Shown in pieces: positions 37,023-46,435 of a DNA stretch of 64,000 nt; the first letter of the stretch is position 1; each line of letters starts with the position of its first letter. Made by a program: the position numbers and the translations under genes. The notes beneath the pieces were generated by a model that made no database searches, was not told where the DNA came from, and saw nothing but the letters and a program-made list of their open reading frames with translations. The stretch is taken from NCBI GenBank assembly GCA_022601335.1, contig JAJACV010000049.1:1176-65175 (forward strand), in the 5' to 3' direction. Source of the DNA: Chlamydiota bacterium (GTDB lineage: Bacteria > Chlamydiota > Chlamydiia > Chlamydiales > JAAZZY01).

Positions 37023-38585
37023 ATGGACAATAAATATCAAATCCAAGGTATTCCGTTTGTTCTAGTTTCTATAGCAATTGGGTTGTGCGCTTTTATGCAA
37101 ACGTTAGATTTGTCGATTGCGAATGTAGCCTTGCCTTATATAGCAGGGGACCTAGGCGTCAGTATAAGCAACAGTACGTGGGTGATTACCCTTTTTATGG
37201 TCGGGAATGCTATTGTATTGCCCCTTTCTGGATGGCTATCTGAAAAAGTAGGCTCCATTAGACTGATTGTTATTTCTACCTTATTATTTGGAATCACTTC
37301 TTTTTTGTGTGGCATTGCTCTTAATTTTCCTATGGTCATTTTAAGTCGTTTTATTCAAGGGATGTGTGCGGGTCCACTTATTCCTACTAGCCAAATCCTT
37401 CTCACTAGAGTCTTTCCTAAAGGAAAAGAAAATATGGCTATTGCACTTTGGGCTATGGTTATTCTAATAGGCCCGATTAGTGGGCCCATTGTAGGAGGAT
37501 GGATTACTGAAACTTATTCTTGGAGATGGATATTTTTTATTAATGTTCCAGTAGCTCTTGTTGCCGCATTTATAATTTATATTCATATGAAACAGTCTAT
37601 AAAACCTATTAAGCAAAAGAAATTCGATTGGTGGGGACTTATTTTTTTAGCACTGGGAGTTACAGCGCTACAGATCTTTTTGGATCAAGGTAGAAATCTA
37701 GACTGGTTTCACTCGCCCACCATTCGCACTCTTTTTATAATAGGTATTATTTCCCTGATTCTGTTTGCTGTTTACGAGTGGAACACTCCTAATCCTTTAG
37801 TCGAACTTCAGCTTCTGAAAATTAGTTCTTTTACTATAGGTATGCTTATCTTAGGGATCTCATTTATGGTGTTCTTTGCTCCGATTGTTATTACACCACT
37901 TTGGCTCGAGGATACTTTAGGGTATAATGCTTTAAATGCGGGTATTTGTTTAGCGACTATGGGAATACTGCCCTTTTTTTTAGCCCCCTTAGTAGCTAAA
38001 TTGATGGAGACTGGACGGCTGAAGCTTCTTATTGGATTTAGCTTTGTTGCAATGGCTATTGTATCCTACTATTTCAGTAAATTTAATTCGAATGTGTCCT
38101 TCAAACAGGTCGCTTTATCTCGACTCTATTTTGGGATCGGACTCGCTTTTTATATCGCTCCTGCAACCAGACTTCCTCTTGTTAAAATTCCAGAAAATAA
38201 GCTTACAAGTGCTTCTGGGATCCTGCAATTTTTTAGAATCTATATGAGCGGAGTTGGAACGGCTGTTTATACGACGATTTGGAGTAATCGAGCGACTTAT
38301 CATCATCAGACACTGGGAAGTCGCTTAATAAACTTCAATGAAAGTCTCCTGCGTTTCAAAAATCAACTTATTTATAAACTAGGGTTCAGTGAGGCTCAGT
38401 ATCTTGAAACATTAAATCAAATACTTGATAAACAAGCCTACACTTTAGCTACAAATGATATTATGCTCTTAAGTTCTATCTCTCTTCTTATTCTAATAAC
38501 TCTCTTATGTGTAGATCGAGTCACTCCTAAAGACTGCCTTCAAATAGATAAAAAAAACACTATTAAAATAAAATCTTTTCATTAA
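37023..38585 (+). CDS. emrB: EmrB/QacA family (DHA2, 14-TM) drug efflux MFS transporter
   Basis: FMQTLDLSIANVALPYIAGDLG start and the SWRWIFFINVP motif. Lies immediately downstream of emrA. Confidence 0.9.
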   Translation: MDNKYQIQGIPFVLVSIAIGLCAFMQTLDLSIANVALPYIAGDLGVSISNSTWVITLFMVGNAIVLPLSGWLSEKVGSIRLIVISTLLFGITSFLCGIALNFPMVILSRFIQGMCAGPLIPTSQILLTRVFPKGKENMAIALWAMVILIGPISGPIVGGWITETYSWRWIFFINVPVALVAAFIIYIHMKQSIKPIKQKKFDWWGLIFLALGVTALQIFLDQGRNLDWFHSPTIRTLFIIGIISLILFAVYEWNTPNPLVELQLLKISSFTIGMLILGISFMVFFAPIVITPLWLEDTLGYNALNAGICLATMGILPFFLAPLVAKLMETGRLKLLIGFSFVAMAIVSYYFSKFNSNVSFKQVALSRLYFGIGLAFYIAPATRLPLVKIPENKLTSASGILQFFRIYMSGVGTAVYTTIWSNRATYHHQTLGSRLINFNESLLRFKNQLIYKLGFSEAQYLETLNQILDKQAYTLATNDIMLLSSISLLILITLLCVDRVTPKDCLQIDKKNTIKIKSFH

Positions 38586-38630
38586 TTAATAATATAATTG
38601 TTTCTTTCTTTCTTAAAAAGGATCTTTTAA

Positions 38631-38963
38631 ATGACTATTCAACTCATCCAATTTTCCCCATTATTTTTGAGGCCACCCATTTCCATAAATCCTAAGCTTT
38701 CAGCTTTAGACCTCGATAGAGAGTTCTGCTCAGCTTTCGAAGATATGGATATAGAAAGAGCCGCAGAGCTTCTTAAAGCAGGAGCTAATCCAAACCAAAA
38801 TATTGCTTTTTCAAAGCCTATTGTACTCAATTTTTTAATTCAAATGGGGGAATGTGATTGCAGCGGAAAAGTAGATCTAGATAATTATAAATCGATTATT
38901 TCAAATTTTTTAGAGGATCCCCAAAACTGTCAATCGGTGATAGATGAGTTTTTTTCAGGATAA
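38631..38963 (+). CDS. Hypothetical small protein (a single ankyrin-like motif)
   Basis: An ORF with AAELLKAGANPNQ; otherwise there is no support. Confidence 0.3.
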   Translation: MTIQLIQFSPLFLRPPISINPKLSALDLDREFCSAFEDMDIERAAELLKAGANPNQNIAFSKPIVLNFLIQMGECDCSGKVDLDNYKSIISNFLEDPQNCQSVIDEFFSG

Positions 38964-38999
38964 GATTCTCGGTTTGATGGCCTCAAGTTAGTGTAAGTA

Positions 39000-40352
39000 T
39001 TAAGTCTGTTTAAGGGCCTTTTTTTGAAAAATTTTTTCAAAAGGAGAGCCCTTTGCTTTTGTTTCTTCGAATTCATCTTCTAAATCGGAATCAATTGTAA
39101 TAGCACCTCCAAGCTGAAGCTCAAATTGGTTTCTTTGGTAAACTCCCGTTCGAATAGCTACACTAAAATCAAAGTCTCCTTGAGATGTAAAATATCCAAC
39201 AGATCCGCAGTAAAGATGGCGGGGCCTTTTTTCTAGTAGGTTTATAATCTGCATACTGCGAATTTTAGGGCAGCCTGTGATAGATCCAGCTGGAAAGCAG
39301 CTCTGAATCAAGTCTAAGGGATGCATATGGATTGGCTGGCCTCGGATAACAGACTCTAAATGAAAAACATTAGATAAAGTGAGAAGCTTAGCTTTATGGA
39401 TACAGCGAACAGACCCAATCTCACAAACCTTTCCTAAATCATTGCGCATCAAGTCACAGATCATTGCAAGCTCAGCATTTTCTTTAGAGCTATGAATTAA
39501 TTTTTCACATTGAGCTTTATCCTGTTCAGAATTCTTTAGGCGAGGAAGAGTCCCTTTAATAGGTCTTGCTTCTAAACAATCTCCAAATTTTGATAAAAAT
39601 CTTTCGGGAGATGCTGAAACCACTTGAAAAGAGTCGTAGTTTAGATAAGCAGAAAATGAAACAGGATTTATTTGAGAAAGTGTCTTAAAAATAGTGAAGG
39701 GAGGAATATCTGTTCCATAGGTAATAGACCTAGATAAATTGACTTCGTAAATATCTCCGCTGCGAATATATTCCTGAGCCCTATTCATTTTCTCAAAGTA
39801 ACTCTCAAAGGTATCCGTTTGCAGGACTTCAAAAATATCTCCCTTTGATGCATGAGAAAAAGAAATAGATTCAGAAAAAAGAGATTTCCAAAAACGTATA
39901 TTTAAAGCCTTTTTCAGCAGGGTATGCTCAGGCAACGAAGCTATCTTATCTATAGTGCGAATATGCACGGTTATTTGATTATCTTTTTGAAGTAATGTGA
40001 TTGCAAACTTGTCAAAATGAGCGAGCGGAAAGGGTGACTTTGAATGAGGTAAAATCATATTAGAGTCAGCATAGGCTCCCATTTCATAACTTAAATACCC
40101 TATCCATTCGGGAAGTGGGGAGTTAGAAGTATTAAAATTTCCAAGCTTTTTTTTTAATGTTTTCCACGGTTGATTACAATTGGGAGTAATTTCAATGTGA
40201 TCGCAAGGAGCTAGAAAAAGATATGACGAATTTGTTTTTTCGTGGTCGCTTGAGAATAAAAGAGATATTTTAGAAAAAGTATCAAAATAGCCCGCGACTT
40301 CAAGAAGCCGAAGATGTGCTTGAGAAGAAGATTCAAAAGAAAAGGAGTTCAT
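39000..40352 (-). CDS. pabB: Aminodeoxychorismate synthase component I (chorismate-binding enzyme)
   Basis: GDIYEVNLS, SPERFL, RPIKGT, NAELAMICDLMRNDLGKVC, GSITGCPKIRSMQII and LYCGSVGY are the TrpE/PabB family motifs. No glutamine amidotransferase partner is adjacent. Confidence 0.85.
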   Translation of the reverse strand: MNSFSFESSSQAHLRLLEVAGYFDTFSKISLLFSSDHEKTNSSYLFLAPCDHIEITPNCNQPWKTLKKKLGNFNTSNSPLPEWIGYLSYEMGAYADSNMILPHSKSPFPLAHFDKFAITLLQKDNQITVHIRTIDKIASLPEHTLLKKALNIRFWKSLFSESISFSHASKGDIFEVLQTDTFESYFEKMNRAQEYIRSGDIYEVNLSRSITYGTDIPPFTIFKTLSQINPVSFSAYLNYDSFQVVSASPERFLSKFGDCLEARPIKGTLPRLKNSEQDKAQCEKLIHSSKENAELAMICDLMRNDLGKVCEIGSVRCIHKAKLLTLSNVFHLESVIRGQPIHMHPLDLIQSCFPAGSITGCPKIRSMQIINLLEKRPRHLYCGSVGYFTSQGDFDFSVAIRTGVYQRNQFELQLGGAITIDSDLEDEFEETKAKGSPFEKIFQKKALKQT

Positions 40353-41071
40353 ACAGGTGAATTCATATTATGGTAGACAAGGTCTACATCTTCAATGTCT
40401 TCCAGCCAGTCTATGAGAGCTTGGTTGGATTTAGCTGTCTCTTCGTCACAATCGACAAAGTGTTTCGGAATCATGGTAATAGAAGCTTCAAGAGCGTTTA
40501 GGTCTTTACTTGCTAAAGCTTCCTTTACTTCATAGAGCTTTTCAGGAGCTGTAATGACCATGAATAACTCTTCTGCTTGATCAAAATCTTCAGCACCACA
40601 GTCGATAGCTGCGGCAAAAACAGCTTCTTCATCGAGCTCTTTTTTTTCTATTTGTATGATCCCTTTTCTATCAAAATTAAACTGAACAGACCCAGGAGTT
40701 GCTATGGTACCGCCTCTTTTATTAGTTGCAATACGAATTTCTGAGGAAAATCGGTTCCTATTATCAGTCATTCCATCTACTAAAATTCCAATGCCACCAT
40801 GGCCATAAAGCTCATAGGTTACCTCATCGTAATTTGACTGATCCTTTGAACTGGCCTTTTTAATGTTTCTATCTACATTCTCATTAGGCATATTGGCTTC
40901 TTTAGCTTTTTGAATAGCAAGCCTAAGTCGCGTATTGCCTTTTGGGTCACTTCCACCTTCTTTTACTGCACTGATAATCTCTTTAGCAAGGCGTGAAAAA
41001 ATTTTTCCCTTTGCAGCATCAGCTCTTCCTTTTCTATGCTTGATATTTGCCCATTTACTATGGCCTGCCAT
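40349..41071 (-). CDS. yebC: YebC/PmpR family DNA-binding transcriptional regulator
   Basis: MAGHSKWANIKHRKGRADAAKGKIFSRLAKEI is the invariant YebC N-terminus. Confidence 0.95.
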   Translation of the reverse strand: MAGHSKWANIKHRKGRADAAKGKIFSRLAKEIISAVKEGGSDPKGNTRLRLAIQKAKEANMPNENVDRNIKKASSKDQSNYDEVTYELYGHGGIGILVDGMTDNRNRFSSEIRIATNKRGGTIATPGSVQFNFDRKGIIQIEKKELDEEAVFAAAIDCGAEDFDQAEELFMVITAPEKLYEVKEALASKDLNALEASITMIPKHFVDCDEETAKSNQALIDWLEDIEDVDLVYHNMNSPV

Positions 41072-41082
41072 AACGACTCTTC

Positions 41083-41757
41083 CTATTTAAAAAATAAATG
41101 ACGATATTGTTTTTCCCATGCTATGGATTCATGGTAAAAATTAAATTGTTTCTCTTGCTTTTTGAATTCTGGTGTGTGAATTCGTGTACACAAAGTGCCC
41201 ATTGTGGGGCGATGCACTTCATGGAGCATTTCATGATAAATGACAAATGCCACATAAAATTCAGGGCATGACTTTTGATCTAAAAGGTTATGAATTTTAA
41301 TCAGTTTTAGTGGCTCATGATAGAGTCCATAAGTCATGCGGGATCCACTCCTTTTTTTAGGAAGTCCATACCAAGTAATATTTAATTTGAGATTTTTTGA
41401 AAAGTAAGTGCTATTCACCTGGTCATATATTTCTTTTAAATCGTGCACCTTTCCTTGTGTCACTAGATTTTGTTTATTGAGTTTTTTATCATAACCGAAT
41501 AAAGGCAAATGCGTATTGATATAGTCTTGTAGCAAAACGGAGGATCGGCGGTCTTTTTGATTATTAATAAAATTTACAATGGCATTAATAACATTTGAGG
41601 AAGCTTCCAAAAACATTCTGTGAACTGAAAGGCGAATATAGCGTCTCTTTCTTTCTAAGATACTAATCATTGTTGTTCGGTTATCATTGACAACGACATC
41701 AACCTTGAGCTTGCTCAAAGAAGTCAAAGACTGCTGTAGTTGACAAAGACTCATCAA
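41083..41757 (-). CDS. HExxH zinc-metallopeptidase-like protein (SprT/DUF45-like)
   Basis: VIYHEMLHEVH, followed by HTPEF...W, resembles SprT/YgjP-type motifs. The family assignment is tentative. Confidence 0.5.
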   Translation of the reverse strand: MMSLCQLQQSLTSLSKLKVDVVVNDNRTTMISILERKRRYIRLSVHRMFLEASSNVINAIVNFINNQKDRRSSVLLQDYINTHLPLFGYDKKLNKQNLVTQGKVHDLKEIYDQVNSTYFSKNLKLNITWYGLPKKRSGSRMTYGLYHEPLKLIKIHNLLDQKSCPEFYVAFVIYHEMLHEVHRPTMGTLCTRIHTPEFKKQEKQFNFYHESIAWEKQYRHLFFK

Positions 41758-42260
41758 AGAACGCGCTCCATCGTAATTTTACTTCTATAATTTCCATCGT
41801 CTTCTTTTAACCATTTTCTCTGGTAGCCAACTTCATTAAAGCCCATACGACGATATAGAGAAATAGCAGGGTTACCTTCAAATACCTCAAGATAAAGTGT
41901 TTCTACATTAAAGTTTTGCTTGGCAAGCTCATAAAGATGGAGAATGAGCTGCGTGCCAATTCCCTTATTTCTATACTCCTGATCCACAATCATACCAAAA
42001 AGACATTGGTGAGCAATCTTTTTATAGGCGTGTAAATACAAAACACCAAAACCAACAGGAACACCGTCATACTCTGCAGTAAGAGCACACTTCCAACGAC
42101 TAAAACTCACAAGCATTTTAACCGTATCATCTATTTCCTTTTGCTCTTGGCACGGAAACCATCTTAAAATGCCAGGCTCTTCAAACCATTTTAGCAGGTA
42201 CTCGCCATCTTCTTCGTTTGAATACCTGATTTTTAACTTCTCAAATTCTTTTTTGTTCAT
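41754..42260 (-). CDS. GNAT family N-acetyltransferase
   Basis: Motif A QEYRNKGIGTQLILHLYELAK and the C-terminal LYRRMGF. Confidence 0.75.
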   Translation of the reverse strand: MNKKEFEKLKIRYSNEEDGEYLLKWFEEPGILRWFPCQEQKEIDDTVKMLVSFSRWKCALTAEYDGVPVGFGVLYLHAYKKIAHQCLFGMIVDQEYRNKGIGTQLILHLYELAKQNFNVETLYLEVFEGNPAISLYRRMGFNEVGYQRKWLKEDDGNYRSKITMERVL

Positions 42261-42262
42261 AA

Positions 42263-43358
42263 TTACCCAAATTCTTTTAAATATGTGATAATGAAGGCGT
42301 CTAAGTTACCATCCATAACTCCTTGGACATCTCCCTCTTGGTGCCCCGTCCTCGTATCTTTTACCATTGAGTACGGTTGAAAAACATAGTTGCGTATTTG
42401 ATTACCCCAACCGATGTCTTTTTTTTCACCACTTTCATTCCTAATTCTAGCCTCTCTCTCCTGTACTTCAAGCTCATAAAGCTTAGAGCGCAAAATTTTA
42501 AAGCATGTTTCCTTGTTTTGTAGTTGGCTTCGCTGGTTTTGGCAAGTCACAACAATATTTGTTTTCAGGTGGGTGATGCGTACAGCAGAGTCTGTTTTAT
42601 TGACATGCTGTCCTCCAGCACCGGAAGCTCGGTAAGTATCAATCCTAATTTCTTCTGGCTTTATTTCAATTTGAATATCATCTTCAATCTCTGGAATGAT
42701 CTCAACAGATGCAAAGCTTGTATGCCTTTTTGCATTACTATCAAACGGGGAAATACGTACGAGTCTGTGCACTCCTTTTTCAGCCTTTGCATAGCCATAA
42801 GCAAAAGGGCCAATAATTTTTAATGTCGCACTTTTAATGCCTGCTACATCTCCATCAAGATAGTCCACTTGCTCTACTTTCCAGCCTTTTTTTTGAGCCC
42901 AGCGCATATACATTCGATGTAGCATTGCGGCCCAATCACAAGACTCAGTGCCTCCAGCTCCTGAGTTAATGCTAATAAAACAATTTTTATTGTCGAGTTC
43001 TCCCGAGAGCATTTTACGCGTTTCAAGTTCAGATAACTCCTGCTCTATATCTGATAATTCAGTCAATAAATCATTTAAAAGATCTTCATCACCCATTTCA
43101 TCTGCTTCAGGAAGCATCTCCCGGGTGTCATCGAAACGTTTTTTTAAATCGTTATAGGGGACTGTCCAAGCCTTTAACTTGTTTGATTGTGAAATGATTT
43201 TTTGAGCATTTTTATTGTCGTCCCAAAAGTCATTTGCTTCCATCTGATTTTCGAGAGATAAGACCTCTTTTTCTTTTGAAGCGAGGTCAAAGATACCTCC
43301 ACATATGAAGAAGTCTGCTTTCAATCGATTCTAAGCGGAGTTGAGTTTCTTCGTTCAT
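42263..43358 (-). CDS. prfB: Peptide chain release factor 2, made by a programmed +1 frameshift: join(43358..43290, 43288..42263) on the minus strand
   Basis: Frame 0 gives MNEETQLRLESIESRLLHMWRYL and then TGA. The +1 frame continues DLASKEKE..., carrying SPF (RISPFDS) and GGQ (SGAGGQHVN). Confidence 0.95.
43286..43300 (-). other. prfB +1 frameshift site: GGAGG TAT CTT TGA C (internal Shine-Dalgarno-like element, slippery CTT, in-frame TGA followed by C)
   Basis: Read directly on the minus strand. CTT is 43292-43290, TGA is 43289-43287 and C is 43286. This matches the canonical bacterial prfB recoding cassette. Confidence 0.9.
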
Positions 43359-43532
43359 ACTATATCCTGTCTAAAAAAGGTGAGAAGATAGCGAATTTTA
43401 ACGCAAAAGTCAATTGCAATAGGAGGAAGATTCAGAACTAATACGTTAAAATAAATATTTGGATTCTAATATACAGATCGTCAAAAATGAAAAGTTGTTC
43501 TGAATTTCTTAAGGTTTTAAGAGATTGAGTTT

Positions 43533-45704
43533 TTACTTTTTCTCTAAATGGATTTGGTTTGACTTAGAAAGTGAGTATTTCCAAGACCAGCTGGGATTAG
43601 TGAGAGGCGATGATTGGAATCGGACAGAGTCTCCCTCTTGATAGGCTGTTACTTTAGTATTAGCAGGAACCTCAATATGAAAAGATCCCTTGAAGATAAT
43701 ATCTTCTGCTAAAAATTCACTATTTTCGCTTAAATGAAGTTCAAAAGACTCTTTTCTCTCTATCTGATTTTTCCAGAAGTTGCTTTTTTTAGAGCGATCA
43801 ATGCCTGCATTATAAACCTTAATATTTTTGAGAGTGCATCTAGGAGCTAAATTAGAAAAATGAAGTAAGTTATTTTCATCTAAATGTCCAAGAGGACAAG
43901 GAGAATGAACCACAAGGCTTCCGTCCAATTCTAAATTTTCAAGATCAAGCTCTGTAATCTCAAGCTGTAATTCTGAGTTTTCAGCAAGGGAGCCATGGCG
44001 GAGCTTTTGAGCAATAATAGAATAAAGAGGGCCCAAAGCTGGGTGATAAATAAAGTGGAGTTTAGGGCCTTTTTCTACAAAAGTGTCTGGTTCGTCAGCA
44101 GAGGGCACCTTAAAGTTACAATTCTCTTTCAGAAGGGTTAAGTTGTTTTGAATAAGCGTAAAGTAACTTCCTTCAGGTGTTTCATTAATGGATTCACCAG
44201 CTTTATATGTTTTTTTAGTGACGGAGATTGTTTTAGCTCGTTCATTATAGGTTAGAAAGGTCTTTAGCTTATGAGAGTCTTCTTCAGTTATCGGGTCTGG
44301 AAATTCATCTGTTAAATAGTCTGCAATGTTTTGCATAGTAGACTCTAATCGACCACCCTTTTCTGGTATTAATTTTCCAGAAGCATCTAAAAAGGGAACA
44401 TCATTTTTCATGTTAATAAGCATTCCAGGAATTAAACACTTCTCAATCGCATGCTCTATTTGGTGAATGTCTGCGAATAAAATATTCGTATTGGATGGGT
44501 GAATCGAATAGAGGCTTGAAGGCTCTATCGGCTCATCTTGTATGTGGTTCTTCTCAAAATCTGTATACTCGATATTTGAAATTGCATACTGATAGGTGTC
44601 ATTTTCATGAGACTCCGTTAAAATATTCACCCCTTCTGCGGATCCAATAAGTCGATGGCAAGATGCAAATCCAAAGGCTTTATTCTGACTGCAACCAATT
44701 CCAATGAGTGCAAGTAAGCCGTTATCAATGCCGGCGATAGGATTGTTAATTTGCCGGATTAAAATCTTTTTGCGTTGCAGGTTTTTAAACCACCGTAAAA
44801 CCCCTTTTTCTTGGGTTATTTTCCAAATGACTCCATGTCCTGAGGGTTTTAAATAAAGTTGAAGAGGCGCTTTTAAAGACCAGTTGCCCTCTTGAGTAAG
44901 TACAGGAGCTTGAGGCTGCATAAAAGGGAAGAATGTGTTTTTTGGACGATGGTACCAGATATTATCTTCACAAATTTTATGAATGAACTGATGATTGTTT
45001 TTCGCCTCAGACGTCATCATCGCAATGGGTGTGATCAATTGCTTTTGATACAGCTTATAGTACAAAAATTCACGAGCTTGTAAATCTCTTACGAGTCCTG
45101 TGAGCAGAGAGCGTCCTAAGAACATGAGCTTTGCCGTTGGAAGAGGGAGGCCTGTTTTATCATCTTTGAGGTCTAAACGATCACCCGATCCTCCAATAGG
45201 ATAGAGCTCTCCCATAAAGGGTAGATTTTTGATTCCTTCTAAGACGGCTTGTTCAGCCCCTTTAGTATCTTCTTGGATGTCAGTGCCAACGGCTCTGTGA
45301 AATATACGCTTTTCATAGTTTTTGCTGCCCTTTTCAAACAGAAGGTGAACCATTTGATAATGGTAGCCAATAACACCCCCAATCTCTCGGTAAAAACGGT
45401 CAATAAGTAGTAATTGATCAATTAATTTTTTAAAATGAGTTTGGGTATCGGTAAGGTGTTTTGGAATTTGAAAAACAATAGGAGCCTGTCCTATGACTAT
45501 AATAGAGCAAACAATGAGTTTTTCTAAAAGGGAAAGGTTGGGGTAATAAGATTCTATTAAATGGTCTGAGGCCAAAAAATCTTCGACAAGATACTCGCTT
45601 TCTAAAAGTTTTACTTTATCCGCAAGAGTTGATTGATCGGAGAGCTCTTCCATTAAATTAATAAGGTAGTCAATCTGCTCTTTGAGAGTTTCAAGAGTCG
45701 GCAT
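43533..45704 (-). CDS. UDPGP (UTP--hexose-1-phosphate uridylyltransferase, eukaryotic-type) family protein with long N- and C-terminal extensions
   Basis: YPIGGSGDRL, IAMMTSEAKNNH and LKPSGHGVIW resemble the UDP-sugar pyrophosphorylase nucleotide-binding, MTS and G.G motifs. The C-terminal third is beta-helix-like. Confidence 0.55.
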   Translation of the reverse strand: MPTLETLKEQIDYLINLMEELSDQSTLADKVKLLESEYLVEDFLASDHLIESYYPNLSLLEKLIVCSIIVIGQAPIVFQIPKHLTDTQTHFKKLIDQLLLIDRFYREIGGVIGYHYQMVHLLFEKGSKNYEKRIFHRAVGTDIQEDTKGAEQAVLEGIKNLPFMGELYPIGGSGDRLDLKDDKTGLPLPTAKLMFLGRSLLTGLVRDLQAREFLYYKLYQKQLITPIAMMTSEAKNNHQFIHKICEDNIWYHRPKNTFFPFMQPQAPVLTQEGNWSLKAPLQLYLKPSGHGVIWKITQEKGVLRWFKNLQRKKILIRQINNPIAGIDNGLLALIGIGCSQNKAFGFASCHRLIGSAEGVNILTESHENDTYQYAISNIEYTDFEKNHIQDEPIEPSSLYSIHPSNTNILFADIHQIEHAIEKCLIPGMLINMKNDVPFLDASGKLIPEKGGRLESTMQNIADYLTDEFPDPITEEDSHKLKTFLTYNERAKTISVTKKTYKAGESINETPEGSYFTLIQNNLTLLKENCNFKVPSADEPDTFVEKGPKLHFIYHPALGPLYSIIAQKLRHGSLAENSELQLEITELDLENLELDGSLVVHSPCPLGHLDENNLLHFSNLAPRCTLKNIKVYNAGIDRSKKSNFWKNQIERKESFELHLSENSEFLAEDIIFKGSFHIEVPANTKVTAYQEGDSVRFQSSPLTNPSWSWKYSLSKSNQIHLEKK

Positions 45705-45971
45705 TGTGGATAGGGGTTACTTTAAAAGCTTTGTTTAACATACTATTAGTTTTGGAAAAAGAATTGTTTTTTTGTTTTTTTGAAAATTTACCTCTTAGTG
45801 CTAATATAACATAATTCCTTTGACTAAAAAAATGCCGCAGAGCTAAAAAGATCCCTAACAACAAAGAGATATTCCAAATCTTCTCTGAAAAAAGAGAAAA
45901 TACGAACCATTTTATTGAAGTTTAAAAAAAAATTATTACTCACACCCTAAAGCATAATAAGGAGAAATGTT

Positions 45972-46232
45972 ATGGCACCTAAGAAAAAAGCTACTTCAGC
46001 TTTCATGAAGCCTGTTAATCTTAGCAAGGAGCTTGAAGCTATTGTTGGAAAAGGCCCGATGCCTAGAACCCAAGTTGTTAAAAAAATATGGGTTTATATT
46101 AAAAAGCATAAAAGACAAGATCCAGAAAATAAGCGTATGATCCTGTCTGATGACAAGTTAGCTCCAATTATCGGTAAGAAAGGATGCGACATGTTTAAAA
46201 TGACAAAAGCTCTTTCTAAACACTTATCTTAG
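45972..46232 (+). CDS. SWIB/MDM2 domain protein
   Basis: LSKELEAIVGKGPMPRTQVVKKIWVYIKKHKRQDPENKRMILSDDKLAPIIG is the SWIB signature. The RBS AAGGAG lies upstream. Confidence 0.9.
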   Translation: MAPKKKATSAFMKPVNLSKELEAIVGKGPMPRTQVVKKIWVYIKKHKRQDPENKRMILSDDKLAPIIGKKGCDMFKMTKALSKHLS

Positions 46233-46244
46233 TAAATTCCTTTT

Positions 46245-46277
46245 ATAAGGAAGGGGGATCTCCCTTCCTTATATTTT
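46245..46277 (+). terminator. Rho-independent terminator after the SWIB gene
   Basis: ATAAGGAAGGG (46245-46255) pairs with CCCTTCCTTAT (46262-46272) and is followed by ATTTT. Confidence 0.7.
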
Positions 46278-46435
46278 CCTGCCCAGCTATATTCAAAACC
46301 TAGATTAATCTAAGGTTCTCCCTACTTTTCCTCTAAAACGTAGCTTTTTTTAATTCTTAGGGAATTTTATTAAGTAGTTCTAAATTAGATATTTATAATC
46401 TTTTACTTAAAGGGGAGAAGGGCCTTTTGGTAATT

